In this document: positions 1 through 12,660 of the stretch, piece by piece
Layout of the letters: the number at the start of each line of letters is the position of its first letter
Numbering within the stretch: the first letter of the stretch is position 1
NCBI GenBank assembly: GCA_964016885.1
Contig: OZ024752.1
Location: 2,976,001-3,040,000 of the forward strand
DNA: 64,000 bases
Source of the DNA: Eledone cirrhosa
Taxonomy: Eukaryota
Direction of reading: 5' to 3'
Position numbers and translations under genes: made by a program
The notes under the pieces: model-generated
What the model was told of the DNA's origin: nothing
Seen by the model: only the letters and a program-made list of their open reading frames with translations
The model's database searches: none

Positions 1-1
1 A

Positions 2-700
2 GTTATCGGGAGATGAAAGTGAATAAACAACATGGTAGTAACGCAACGTAAAGAGAGGAAAAGAGAGACGAGTCAATGAATCTCGTGGGCTTAAGTCCGA
101 CAAATCAAATGACGAAAAGAAAACAGACACGTCCGAGCCTCGAAAAAATTGAGATAGGAAAGAATTAACGCAGGTCAGAGGGGAGGAAGTGAGAGAGGAG
201 GAGTAGCAGAGAGTGAGTGAGTGAAAGTGTGAAGAAGGGGCCAGCTGAGAGTGTGTGACCAGCAGCGGGGATGGAGGAAAGTAAGTGGTAAGGGGGAGTG
301 AGAAAGAGGAAAGCAGTAAGGTAACAGAAAAAGTACGAACCACAGCGAAGGGAAAATATGTGAATGAAAAATGGCGTTCTGCGTTGCTGCGAATATGAAC
401 ATATGAATAAAAATAGACTAAGAAACAGGAAAAGTCCGTCATCAGTAGTCTGATGATTCTCATTGGTATTTATTCGTATTAAAGACTAGATAACTAAAAT
501 CAGTGCGAGCGATAACTAAATTACGTTATCGGGACAGAGGAAAGTGAACAAACAAAATGGTAGTAACGCAACGTAAAGAGGGGAAAAGAGAGACAACTCA
601 ATGTCCGACAAATCAAATGACAAATCAAATGATGAGAAGAAAATAAACACGTCGGTGCCACGAAAAAATTGAGAGAGGAAAGAATTAACGCAGGTCAGAC
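2..700. repeat. Diverged direct duplication of a ~175-bp unit (2-178 and ~525-700)
   Basis: Both units share gttatcggga...aaagtgaa(t/c)aaacaa...ggtagtaacgcaacgtaaagag...tccgacaaatcaaatgac...cgaaaaaattgaga.aggaaagaattaacgcaggtcaga. Confidence 0.8.
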
Positions 701-1020
701 AGGAGGAAGTGAGAGGAGAGGAGTACGCCGTTCGTTTACTGCGGTATTCCATTTTGTATTATCGGCTCTACTGTTAGTTTCGTTAATGATATGCGGTGTT
801 GTTGTCCGGGCTATATCATTGCTACTGGTCCGTGTGTTTCCTCTACCGGGTTCCACGGCTGTACTTGTCCTTACCTGTCCCTTGTTCTAGTTTCTGCGAC
901 GCATCTGGTGCGCGTGCCGGGCTTCTGTCTACATGTACTGGGTATTCTTGCGCCCGTGTGTGTCTTCGTCTATCTTATTGTCGGTCTTGTGTCCTTGTGG
1001 TGATCTATGCTGCTACGCGT

Positions 1021-1157
1021 GTTCCTGGAAGCTACCTTTTGAAATGGCCGGAGCTTCGCCGTGAGGATCCTGAATGTGTTCATATTATCCGCACTACTAC
1101 CACATGAACGAGTACTCTGTTGAGTATGCTCTAACTTGATTTTACCACCTCTAATTG

Positions 1158-1202
<45 letters not shown>

Positions 1203-1224
1203 TCATATTATATATACATACACA

Positions 1225-1298
<74 letters not shown>

Positions 1299-1500
1299 TG
1301 TATATGTGTATATAATATGAGTGTATCTGGAAGCAGAGACATCCGAACATTCAGTTCGAACTAGCAGTCGAAACGGCCGGAGCGCATCCGTTGGGGTCCT
1401 GACACATTTTCCTATTATCCACTCTACTACCCTAAGTATCGAGTACTGTGGTGCGTGTATATACAACTCTGCAGCGATAAAGAAGGAGAGAGTGACTTCT
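1021..1500 (+). repeat. Two diverged fragments of interspersed repeat family C (~1021-1157 and ~1340-1500) separated by a (TA)n tract
   Basis: Shared gaaa(t/c)ggccggagc...gg(a/g)tcctga...attatcc.c.ctactacc...gagtact; the same 3' motif recurs at ~2676-2720. Confidence 0.6.
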
Positions 1501-2267
1501 ACGAATCATTAAGGAATGTTCTGCATTCAGATGCACCTGTTGGAAAGCATTAGACGACGGGTAATTTACGGAGTTTGGAAATCTAAAAACACCTGTCATG
1601 AGAAACTCCAGTGTAAAAACTCTCATTATTTATCTTTAATAGAATGAACATTTAAACTCAACTCGGTAATCAGTACCCTTTCATCTCAGCAATCGAATCA
1701 TACGGATACGCACACACCTACACACACATACCCCTACACACACACAAATACACACACATATATATATATTACTAAAACAGAGAATGTATGTTTGTCTATC
1801 TGTCTGTCTGTCCAATCACTAAAACTCGAGAACCACCCAACAGAGCTGTTTCAAATTTTACACATGTAATACTTATGGTCCCCTCCGTTTTTTGAGCAAA
1901 AACGATTTCAAATTTTCAATGCCCTAGGGACTGCATTAGGCGATTTAGCTATATCTGTCTATAATTCTTAGTCTTTCTCTTTTCTTCTTCTTTTCGTATC
2001 TTCGATGCATGTGCTTATATGACAGTTTCCCATTTCTTTACACAGTCCTTTGCATTATTATTAAATTCTGCAAGATCTTTTAAGCTGTACTGGTTGGGTA
2101 GTAGAGGGCAAATAAGGTAATCATTCTCTTTTTAGATAGATACATAGATATAACGTCGCGCCTTTATACTATCTGATGTCTGCATTACGTCATTATGACA
2201 CGATCAATGTGTGTGTGTATATATGTATATACAGTGTATATATATATATATATATATTATTATTATG

Positions 2268-2440
2268 CCAGGGAACGTCTTCACGAACCAACGTATCGTC
2301 TTCCTGTTTTGCTTCGTTTGCAAACTTTTTTCGAAATATTTACATCTGCGTTCACAGAATGATTTTTTTAGTTTCAGAACATCCCGTTAAGTGTTAAAGC
2401 ATCGATTCGTGTCTTAAACTTTAATCTGTTATTTTAATAT
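2268..2440 (+). mobile_element. Family A PLE-terminus-like fragment with decayed HHR-like fold
   Basis: Matches 59630-59800 (gccagggaacgtct...gcgttcacaga...gtttcagaa.atccc.ttaag...cttaaact.taatctgttattt). Confidence 0.7.
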
Positions 2441-2447
2441 ATATATA

Positions 2448-2557
2448 TTTCGTTTCTGAATTCGTTTAGCAAGATTCTTTATCTGAAAACGTGCGTTGAA
2501 ACCGATATTGTTATACTTTGGGAGGGTCATGTGGCCAATAAGAAACACTCGCACCAG

Positions 2558-2558
<1 letters not shown>
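2448..2558 (-). mobile_element. Terminal fragment of the Penelope-like family at 19711-20380
   Basis: cgtttctgaattcgtttagcaagattctttatctgaaaacgtg matches 19711-19770 and 28690-28715; tttgggagggtcatg.gccaataagaaa is the reverse complement of 20350-20380. Confidence 0.7.
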
Positions 2559-2589
<31 letters not shown>

Positions 2590-2593
<4 letters not shown>

Positions 2594-2757
2594 AACGAGT
2601 AGGACCCCGACGGCTGAACTCAAGCCGTATCGACGGCTAATTCTGAGCTCAGCAGTCGGGGTCCTAGTCGTTCCTATTACCCACTCTACTACCCTAAGTA
2701 TTGAGTACTGTGGTGCGTTATGGTCCACCTGGTTCCTTACCACATTTCCTTCGTTAT
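2590..2757 (+). repeat. Family C fragment with foldback (33-bp arms, 2590-2622 / 2644-2676)
   Basis: taggaacgagtaggaccccgacggctgaactca versus tgagctcagcagtcggggtcctagtcgttccta (3 mismatches); inner hairpin agccgt-atcg-acggct. Confidence 0.8.
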
Positions 2758-2923
2758 AAATATATATATATATAATTATATATTCATGTAAAGATATTTT
2801 TGCATACACAATAACAAAATATAAACAAACGTATTTATTTCATGAGGCTCGATAAGGATAAATATATATCAAGTATATAAGAACCTTAGAGATAATCCCG
2901 AGCAACGCCGGGCCACTCTGCTA

Positions 2924-3016
<93 letters not shown>

Positions 3017-3329
3017 CTTATGAATATCCATGACCCCATGCGAACATAGATACCTGGATATCGCTGGTGCCTATAAGTACAATGATACGCATCATAGTTG
3101 CTGTCTCCTGGATTCAAACAGTAAGAATTAGTCAAATTGCCGGACAGCTGAAACAAACAATGAATAAAATTGTTGGAAAACGATCTCCATATCTATGCAG
3201 CCATATCTATGACGATATATTGTTTCTCTGCTCAATCATACTGTATTATTATTGTAAGATGTATTGCGTTTATAGTGAATCACATTGTGTGTAAGAGACT
3301 ATGAGAAAAACAAAGAACATGAGTAAATT

Positions 3330-3625
3330 ATACCTGAGAATTCTTAGAGGTTAGAAATTATTTAAAGAATGTCCAACTTTTCTTGTGTTGGGCAGAAACT
3401 GTATAATAATCATGCTCGTTTTAGAATTGTAGCATTGCAAAATTTTCTTGACATTGCTAGTGTGATATGCTTCAGTGCATAAGCAGTATGTTTCTACGTC
3501 ATAAACTGGCTCAGTGAAGCTAAATTTTCTTGCAGCAATATCTTCATGGTCAGATGTCAGTTTATTCTAGCAGTTAAATCACTCTCACATGAAATGTGAT
3601 TAATGTCAATTCCAGCTTCCTATGA
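3330..3625 (-). pseudogene. Possible degenerate PHD-finger coding remnant, probably transposon-derived
   Basis: Minus-strand translation with a frameshift: EAGIDINHISCESDLTAR / KLTSDHEDIAARKFSFTEPVYDVETYCLCTEAYHTSNVKKILQCYNS. YCLC..Y....LQC resembles the start of a PHD finger, but later Cys/His residues are lost. Confidence 0.3.
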
Positions 3626-3936
3626 GAATGAAGCAAGTAAATTAATTTGTATCCATGTGTAAGGATACAGAATCGTTGCATGCCACGCTACGTCCTATCA
3701 CGACTCACCATTCTAGTAGTGAATTTTGATCTGCTGGTGTGCTATAACTGTGCATTAAACATTTTATTTATCACTATTTCACTTAAGAAGCCGCCTGGAA
3801 ATTAGTAATTGCGGACACAGAATAACATTTTTCTTGATGTTGTTTTTATATAACCCCACGTCTGCTGTAACCGCAGAGACACATAGGACGTAGGTAGTTC
3901 CACCGGGAGTCTTCCCAATGCACTTGTCCGAGTAGT

Positions 3937-4228
3937 GGAGACGCATGCCTAGTGGTAATGGTGTTGGACTTACGATCATAATGTTGTGGGTTCGATTCTA
4001 AGTTGGGTTGCGTGTTGTGTTCTTGAGCAAAACATTTCATTTCATGTCGCTCCAGTATACTCAGCTGAAAATGAGTACCCGCAATAGCTGGGTTTTAACC
4101 CTGCGATCGATTCGCGTTCATTCACGGGGAAATCTTGTACCCTCAGCCGCTTCACGCCATGAACACGGGATGAGCACCGGCCTCACGAGACATCTGCCTT
4201 AAGACAGACTTTAGACTTATACTTTTAC
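3937..4228 (+). mobile_element. tRNA-derived SINE with CORE-like central domain
   Basis: A-box-like tgcctagtgg (3946-3955), B-box ggttcgattc (3989-3998), then tgtgttcttgagcaaaacatttcatttca...ctcagctgaaaatgagtac and a short repeat tail (gacttt/acttt). Confidence 0.75.
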
Positions 4229-5272
4229 AGATAGGATATTGTATACTTGTCATAGCTGATGTCTTCTTGCATACGCTGACATTGTGGAGGATTCTGTATA
4301 GATTTGGTAAACATCCTTAATAATTATATTTGTATTTTCGTTAAAAATAACTTCAATGTACTCAAACAAGTTAATCTGGGTATAACATTTCCAATATCTC
4401 CAACATAATCAAGGTTCATTTCAGAACCATCCAGGATATGACATAGCGTTCAGGGTCTAATCTAGACAGGTGATAACCTAGCTAAGGCTGATTTCAGTAT
4501 AGTGACTGTATAGCAACCAAACTATTCCCATACTTACAAATAATCCTGACGTTTCTACGCTATCTGCCTCTGAAGCAACCATACATGAAATTGGTTCAAT
4601 ATTCTAATCAAATAATCTGTCGACATACATTGAACCATCTAGTTATGCTGGAATATAAAACTATATTGAATGATATAGTTTCATTAAAATGTTTTCTATA
4701 ATATTAAACACACTTAAAAATAGTGAAATTTGAGATATATTTTTATCATAATAATATACCGAAGAATAATAGCTGTTAGAAATTGTAATATTTTTCAGTC
4801 AATAACGGTGTATAATAATAACAATCCCCACAAGACGCCACAACCACTATCTTGTATAGCTGTCATAACTACGCTTGTAAACTGCTATCCCTATCGTCTG
4901 CCATTTGTTAAAAGTAGAAAGTTTATTGAATTAATATCTGGTTCGTATTGACTTTAACTTTAGGTTAATTAAATCTCAATAATGGAATTATTTTTTATGG
5001 GCATAGCAGAATTGTTAAAAACAGTAACTCTATCTATATACACACACATACACTAACACACACACGCATACACACAAGCGCGCGCGCACACATACACTTA
5101 CACATACACACACGCACAAATATATATATATATATATATGTAAATAGCTTAGTGTTTAGACTCAGAGAGGTCATTTACAATCATTTCAGCTCTGTATATG
5201 TATATATTCTTTCTATATACTGTACAGATTTAGTTGTTATTTCTGTTTACCTTTTATATATATATATATATA

Positions 5273-5362
5273 TAGTAAAAATAATAAATTTGAAGACTAA
5301 AATCCGAAGAGGGCTGGATAAGGATAAATATATATCAGATATATAAGAAGCGTAGAGCAAAT
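5273..5362 (-). mobile_element. Family A 3'-terminal fragment between (TA)n tracts
   Basis: tgaagactaaaatccgaagagggctggataaggataaatatatatc is reverse-complementary to 23290-23370; also seen at 2843-2895, 42262-42330 and 58422-58512. Confidence 0.7.
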
Positions 5363-5417
5363 ATATATATATATAAAGATGAAAATGCGAAGTTGAAGGT
5401 GTTAAAATCCTTTATTA

Positions 5418-5477
5418 TTTGAGCCGTTATATATATTTCATTGACGATAAACATCGTGATCTCTTCAGACACCAAAC
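5418..5477 (-). ncRNA. Type I hammerhead ribozyme motif (slightly decayed)
   Basis: Minus strand: tttggtgt-CTGAAGA-gatc-acgat-gttt-atcgt-caat-GAAA-tatatata-acggctcaaa. Stem II acgat/atcgt, short stem I tgt/acg, palindromic stem III. Confidence 0.6.
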
Positions 5478-5908
5478 ATTGTTTCAAAGTTAACATTTCT
5501 GGAGCAATTTTATTTAGAAGGGTGCGGACTAAAAAAAATGGGATTTTGCTTTGGTTTTCCGTCCACTTCGAGTTTCAGGCCATCCAGTCATCTATGCGCA
5601 TGTCGCAGGGGTGTGCCGGTGGCTGACCTCTTCATCTACACCCAGAATACTACCAACCTTGTGTGTTCTCGCTATCCACTGACCTCCCATCAGCTCGGCT
5701 GGAAACATGATATGCTCAGTGGGAATTCAAGCCATCCAAAATGTACTGCTTGTTTTGGCAACCAGTAGGATTCCGGTGCATTTGTACAGTTCATACGTAT
5801 ATGGCGGGATAATCACACCGAAGCAAGAAAGTTCCTTTCTGTTATGGTTAATATGACTTATCATAGACAATATTTAAAATTTCACGACCCGATATATATA
5901 TCTATATT

Positions 5909-6003
<95 letters not shown>

Positions 6004-6025
6004 GATATTAAACAAATGGAAACTA

Positions 6026-6134
6026 TATTTATAAAACCATATTTATTTCGTTATATATATTTCTGGGATATCATATTAAAAATATGGTATGCCTTCCTCA
6101 GACAAAATACAATACATAAGCTGTTTTATAAATA
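6026..6134 (-). ncRNA. Type I hammerhead ribozyme (inverted copy of 7562-7670)
   Basis: tcctcag at 6095-6101 (CTGAGGA on the minus strand); reverse complement of 7562-7670. Confidence 0.8.
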
Positions 6135-7561
6135 ATTAGTGACATACCTTGTAATAATGCAACTTCCTTTTAACAAGTTGATTTGGTAGTGAAACTGTTA
6201 TGATAGTTATATAGAAAGAAAACGAGGATGAGAAGAAGAAGATGAAGAGATGTATGTAAAGAAAAAAGAGATGTATGTAAAGAAAAACAACGGAGCGAGA
6301 TAGAGAGACAAGGAGAGAGAGAAATACATTGATGGTGAAAAACATAGTAGGCTGCTTTTTGACGCATATGTGAGAGGTTAAGGGAAGGGATACAGTTAAT
6401 TCCTTCAATTTTTTTTAAAACCTTTCTGCATGAATATATAATTAATGAGATTAAATAATCTACCCTAAAATTGGCGTTGTTCCCAATCTTTTGAATAAAT
6501 GTTTAAGCTGGATAAACTTCTATAATAAATATAAGAGCATTTGTAGAATAAGTTTTGAATGATTTCTGCTAAATAAGGCTTGGTGAACAATTTTGGTTTT
6601 GTTTGCTTTTGACTCTGATTCTATGACCGATATGCGTGGCATACTATGTTCTCTTGCGTCCCTAGATACTCTGTGGAGTGACGAAGATATTCTTGGCGTT
6701 TTTAATTTTAATATTGATATCTGTTGTCTACTCTATGCTTGATCGATGATCATGCAAGTGAGGCTGGAATGTTATTTTAGATGTTAATGTATATATTATA
6801 TGTTTTGTGTCTATATATATGTATATATGTATGTAAATGTATGTAGGGTGGAATCTTTTCTAACGCATTGAAGTTTTTCTTTTCTAACGCATTGAAGTTT
6901 TTCATGAAATATAAGAATCAGTGCAGCGTATCACGTAGGTTCACATGTGCGTCTATATTTATCAACTTGAATTTGAGATAACCTTCTCTTTTCTCTTTTT
7001 TCACGAGAATGCATATATACTTATGTTTGAAGTTTTATCTCAGATTTTGCTTATAGACCTAAACATTTTTAAACTGAGCATGTGGTCATTTTTTCACACA
7101 TTATAGATATGTGTCTCATTCATGAATACTGATATTTACATTATAATACCTAATTCATAAAAATTGATAATTCAAATGGATGAGACATAATATATTTTTA
7201 ATATATTTTAAATATATCATCTTTCTTTCTTTTTCTCCTATACACTAATTTAACTGTATCCCTTCCCTTAACCTCTCACATATACGATGTTCATCTGTCA
7301 AAAAGCAGCCTACTATGTTTTTCACCATCAATGTATTTCTCTCTCTCCTTGTCTCTCTATCTCGCTCCGTTGTTTTTCTTTACATACATCTCTTTTTTCT
7401 TTACATACATCTCTTCATCTTCTTCTTTTTTTTTTATTTACATACATCTCTTCATCTTCTTCTTCTCATCTTCGTTTTCTTTCTATATAACTACATAACA
7501 GTTTCACTACCAAATCAACTTTTTAAAAGGAAGTTGCATTATTACAAGGTATGTTACTAAT

Positions 7562-7670
7562 TATTTATAAAACAGCTTATGTATTGTATTTTGTCTGAGG
7601 AAGGCATACCATATTTTTAATATGATATCCCAGAAATATATATAACGAAATAAATATGGTTTTATAAATA
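7562..7670 (+). ncRNA. Type I hammerhead ribozyme, intact core
   Basis: tattttgt-CTGAGGA(7595-7601)-agg..catatt-ttt-aatatg..cca-GAAA-tatatata-acgaaata. Extended stem I tatttataaaac/gttttataaata. Predicted cleavage after AUA at 7644. Confidence 0.8.
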
Positions 7671-7840
7671 TAGTTTCCATTTGTTTAATATCGTAAACCT
7701 ACTCCAGAAACTGTTGAGTACTTTTATATCAGTTATAAAATATTTACTCGTTGTAACCCAACAATCTTAAATAAAACTTTTGCATATATATATATATTTA
7801 TCAATATATATATATATTTATATACATATATATATATGTA

Positions 7841-8015
<175 letters not shown>

Positions 8016-8041
8016 CATTATTAATATTTATATATATATCA

Positions 8042-8075
<34 letters not shown>

Positions 8076-8490
8076 AGCAATATATGTGTGTGTGTGTGTA
8101 TGTATTCAATAAATGCACAAAAACGATATGATTCGAAGGTACCGCGATACTGAGAAACTTTTGATTACACAATGTTGCAAAATAAATAGAATATACACAC
8201 ATACATGACTTATGCATAGCAGCACACACACGCACTCACATGTGTGTTTTTGTGTATGCGTCTGAGCACCTATGCTCATAAGTGGTTATATATATACATA
8301 CAACACATATATATATATGTGTGTGTCTGTGTGTTTATGTTTGTGTGTGCGTGGGTGTGTATGTTTGTGTGCGTGTGTGTGTTTGCGTGTTTGTGTGTGC
8401 ATGTAGGCATATATGAATTAATGTATTTATCATTTTCTCTTTCCCTCTTTTTCTTTCCCATTTTCTCACTCTCTACGCACAGACATGTTC

Positions 8491-8528
<38 letters not shown>

Positions 8529-10630
8529 CTATATACTTACATATATACATTTCCGTGTGTGTGTATTTGTATTTGAGTGTGAGAGATTCATTCTATGAGC
8601 ATGTATGTGTATGCGAGTGTTTATATCTAGATTCAAAGACAACCTCATTCAGGTACCATTACGCACGCATATATAAATAGTAGTCATAAAATAGCATAAG
8701 AAAATATTTATACATAAACACTGACATAAATTTGGTTGAAGGCTCACAATTATCTATATATGGCTGTCTCCCAAGCAGGCTATCTTGAAAATTGTGATTT
8801 ATATAGGATATAAAACACTGAAGCATGCTGGGACATACAAACATAAAATTATTTATCAATAATGCATACCTTCACATAAGCAATCTTCCATTAGAAGCGA
8901 AAGTATGTGTGTATGTCAACTTGTGCATGTATATGAGTAAGTGTTTATTTATATCTTTGAATGTGTACGTAGTATATTTGAGGCAATGGAAGATATATTG
9001 TTTTCGTAATAAAATAAAAGAAAGCCGAATATATTTTAGAAAAAGTTTTGAGAAGCTCTATCTTACCTTGTAAACACTCACAAAAATATATAAATTCATG
9101 TACCAACACTCTCGCATGTCGATACACATATATCTCTATATATTTATGCACATTCTTTCACAGAAACAATCTTTCGCAAAATAAATCTCACAAGCACATT
9201 CACATGCACACAAAACTATGTGCGTACATAAACAATAACAAGTTCAAATTGGAACGAAAACTTTCATTGTTTTTTTCAAGAAAAAAATAATTAGAAAAGC
9301 GTTTTCTTCATTAAATTTGTTGATTCTATTTTACCCTATTTTCTGATTTACTTCTTATTCAGTTCCTTTCTCCATGTTCCATTCTCATAAATAGCATTGA
9401 CTTCATTTCTTTTATTTAACTTAAATTAGAAAACAGTAGTGGTCCAGCCATTTGAAATCATTACCCACGTATTATAAACCAGAGGAGACTCACGCTAGTT
9501 ATTTGCCAGAATATGTGCAATAAGCAACGTATTAAAACATGCAATCACAGTAATATTTTTATTCTGCTATGGAACATTTTATATTCCCACGTTATTTATG
9601 CCTTTTCTTTTAATCCAACACATAAAAATAATTACAAACCTAATGTATATGTTATTTATACAAATTTTCAAAAGTGCTGTAATATTAAATGTAGTATTTT
9701 AAAAATAGTTAAAGGAATATTCTAGCTAGACACTAAAAGTTAAAAGAAACTTATTATCATATGTCAAAAAGTTAAAAGGGAAAAGTACTGTTGTTCTACG
9801 GTACGAATAGTTATAATGTGTTAAAAAAAGGAGAATTAATGTGATAAAGGGAAAAAGAAAAATAGTTAATGTGTTGGGCATAAAGCTTATTGGAGAGTGT
9901 TAGTGGATAAATAGAATGTGACTAATGAAAGTTTCATCCATCACAGACGAATTATTCAACGGAAAATATATTTTATAAATGCATTATCGCGTTTCAACAA
10001 CATATATAGTATGAAAGATTCTGTTGAAATGAACTTAGTAAGAACTTGATTGTTAGTAGGGAATTGTTGATTACCTGCAAACAACCTAGATTTGGCAAGG
10101 CTCTCATGACTGAGAGAAACAAACGTTTAACCTTCCATGAAATATCAGCTTGTATAAAGAATGTCCCTAATATTAACATCGGGGAGTGTATGTTGATGTT
10201 TACACATGAATTCACACTGATATGGCAGCCCGACGTCAAACGACATTTCTGAATCACATTAGTCTCTTATTCAAATAGGTATCTAAGAAAAAAGAAAAAA
10301 AAAAATGTCGGTGTATCTTGCAATTTGAGTATGTTATGGAAAGGTTTGATGGATAATAATTCGCTGCAATTTCTACCCAGTAGATCCTACACGATGCGCA
10401 CGTTAGGTTAATAAAATTTAAGATAAATGTCTGTGTGGTATGAATCTGTAAATGGAAAGCAAAACGATGCTGACAAATAGAAATGCATTAATCTACGCAC
10501 TTTTATGCATAATATACATAGTGAGAATATATATACTTGGATACATTTATACATGAAAACAATATATATATCATTACATACATACAACCACTTGCATACA
10601 CAATATACATAAATGTCTGTGTGTATGTGT

Positions 10631-10751
<121 letters not shown>

Positions 10752-10827
10752 ACATGTAAATGAATGCATGTGTGTTTCAGTTCGTATGTGTGAGAATATT
10801 TGTGTATATGTATGTATATATATATAC

Positions 10828-10964
<137 letters not shown>

Positions 10965-11464
10965 CATTACTAATGGAAGATTTAAAAAAAACTGAAAATC
11001 TGTGCTTGTATTTCCATCACATAGCTCACTCTCGTTGGGATATATCTTCTCCAACATGCATAAGATTACAAACTCACTGACTACAGATGGGCTATAGAAT
11101 ACAAATAAGATTACATATGAACATTTCTACATAAACATTATATATTTTTCGCATACAAATAAGCCAACCGTCACTTCAGTGATATCTTTACACGTGCTAC
11201 ACGATAGCTAAGATTTTACCTTCATATGTAAATCTGAAAACCTGTTTAATGGAAATATTTTTTTTTCAAACGGGAAAATATTTCAACATAACTTGTCGGT
11301 GTCAAAAGCGTTACAACCCACCTTAGTAAATTGGTCCTCAGCACCGGCGCGGTCTCTATAGCATGGATGACCGAGACTAATGTCGATGGTGATTTCTGAT
11401 TACAAGTGAAAGTCTTCTCCTTCGTCGTCGCCCAGTTATTCCCGAGAGGATCATTCATTCATAG

Positions 11465-11950
11465 TACTGAAACATTCCGTTCTGACAGAAGCAACCGTCT
11501 CGAAATGAACTGCCGCGATCCCCAAGCGTGATCAGCCAAGTTCATGGATGTTATCCAACCATCTTATTCGAGGTCTACCCGTGGGTCGCTTGCCTGCTGG
11601 TTTTGCCCATGAAATTATGTCCAGCAATTCTTCCCTGACACGTTCTAAGCGCATACCCATAATTTCGGAGAAGTGATCTATCAATCTGGTGAAGTAGCGG
11701 CACTTCTTTGAGTGATTCTCTGACCTCCTAGTTACGCAATTTATCGAGTAACATTACTCCAAGGACCTTTCGGAGGAATCCCATTTCGCCCGCTTGTATT
11801 CACGATCGTATGCTTTCGGTCATTACCCTCCTTCTCATTACTGAATGCTGAAGCTGGGGCATTGCTGCAACGGTTTTTGTAATTATGTTACTTAACTCAG
11901 CCTCCTGTCTTCCATCACTCGTGACACGGTCCCCACATACTTGCACTTCC
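11465..11950 (-). mobile_element. RTE-clade (Expander-like) LINE 3' fragment, degenerate
   Basis: Minus translation VMTESIRS*IQAGEMGFLRKVLGVMLLDKLRN*EVRESL...GKRPTGRPRIRWLDNIHELG*SRLG, typical of an RTE ORF C-terminus. Confidence 0.8.
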
Positions 11951-11969
11951 TATCTGCTTTCTAGTTGAG

Positions 11970-12660
11970 ATGCAGTATTTTAAAAAGCAGTTCTGACTAG
12001 TTACTCAAATCTCCTGCAGTAAAATAGGCGTTAGAAATATTTGACCGGTTGTCAAATATATTGCAAATCAGGGAATGAAATATAATAATCACAATGCAAT
12101 CCAACCAAATCCGCTGATTTGCTTACGGGTAGTCAAATATTGACTTCTATATTTCTTAGCGGATTTTGGCAGCATTGCTACTGTATTGATGTGAATCACG
12201 ATAGGTTATGGAGGTAGGCACTGATGATCATTTTGCAATGCTGGCCGCCATCAATCATGCGATCGGGCCGACCCCACGTACCAAACAGCTGAGCAAGATG
12301 CCGATGGAATCTCACTCAATTCTGCTTAGAATCGTGTAGAAAAGATCAAATTTGGGCTTTGACATAAAGGTTTTCTTTCGCCACTCAGGTGGACAGCTTT
12401 AATATATTCGTGTTGCAGGGCATGAGCCCCTGGCTCCGAAAATACAGGCTTCATTTTCCACGTTGAAATATTTATCGAAGGTCAGCTTACACTCAGCAAG
12501 CTTGTCGAGGGTGCCTTTCCTAACTGTTTCTTCTAGTTTATTGACTAGGTATACATCTTGTATTGTTTCCTCTACTGCTAATCCTTTACTAAACAATATC
12601 GATTCCAATTTATTTGCCTTCTTCAAGAAGAACAACTATGTATTGCTGACAATTGCCTCT
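11970..12660 (-). pseudogene. Possible hAT-like transposase C-terminal remnant
   Basis: ORF 12399-12635 (ANKLESILFSKGLAVEETIQDVYLV...) followed across frameshifts by AELSE(R)F and SFPDLQYI..IFLTPI..TAG, loosely resembling the hAT dimerisation region. Recognised by eye only. Confidence 0.3.

Larger units (their letters stand above)
1760..2924 (+). mobile_element. Non-autonomous Helitron carrying nested repeat fragments
   Basis: 3' end: GC-rich imperfect palindrome cccgagcaacgccggg (2897-2912), then CTAG (2921-2924) followed by T. 5' region tatatatattactaaaacagagaatg...ctgtctgtctgtc...aaaactcgagaac resembles animal Helitron 5' ends. The 3' end closely matches 40889-40917. Confidence 0.65.
6001..7785. 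mobile_element. Non-coding PLE-type element with ~400-bp inverted terminal copies (6001-6399 / 7250-7695), each carrying a hammerhead
   Basis: Near-identical inverted arms (e.g. tacgatattaaacaaatggaaac / gtttccatttgtttaatatcgta), (TA)n tracts on both flanks, no recognisable ORF. Confidence 0.8.

Noticed and set aside
446-490. tagt-CTGATGA... possible hammerhead
   Set aside because: No GAAA box or convincing stems II and III downstream.
3937-4010. tRNA gene candidate (A and B boxes)
   Set aside because: It continues into a SINE body and tail with no complete cloverleaf; the same applies to 20681 and 55465.
10078-10250. Possible minus-strand coding exon (ttcag|AAATGT...TTGCAG|gtaatc)
   Set aside because: One frame is open, but the peptide is unrecognisable, the acceptor is weak and no partner exons could be established.
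12230-12310. Minus-strand LAQLFGTWGRPD resembling the WGHP motif of negative-strand RNA virus L proteins
   Set aside because: Spacing differs, no other polymerase motifs are present, and the surrounding translation fits a decayed hAT-like transposase better.
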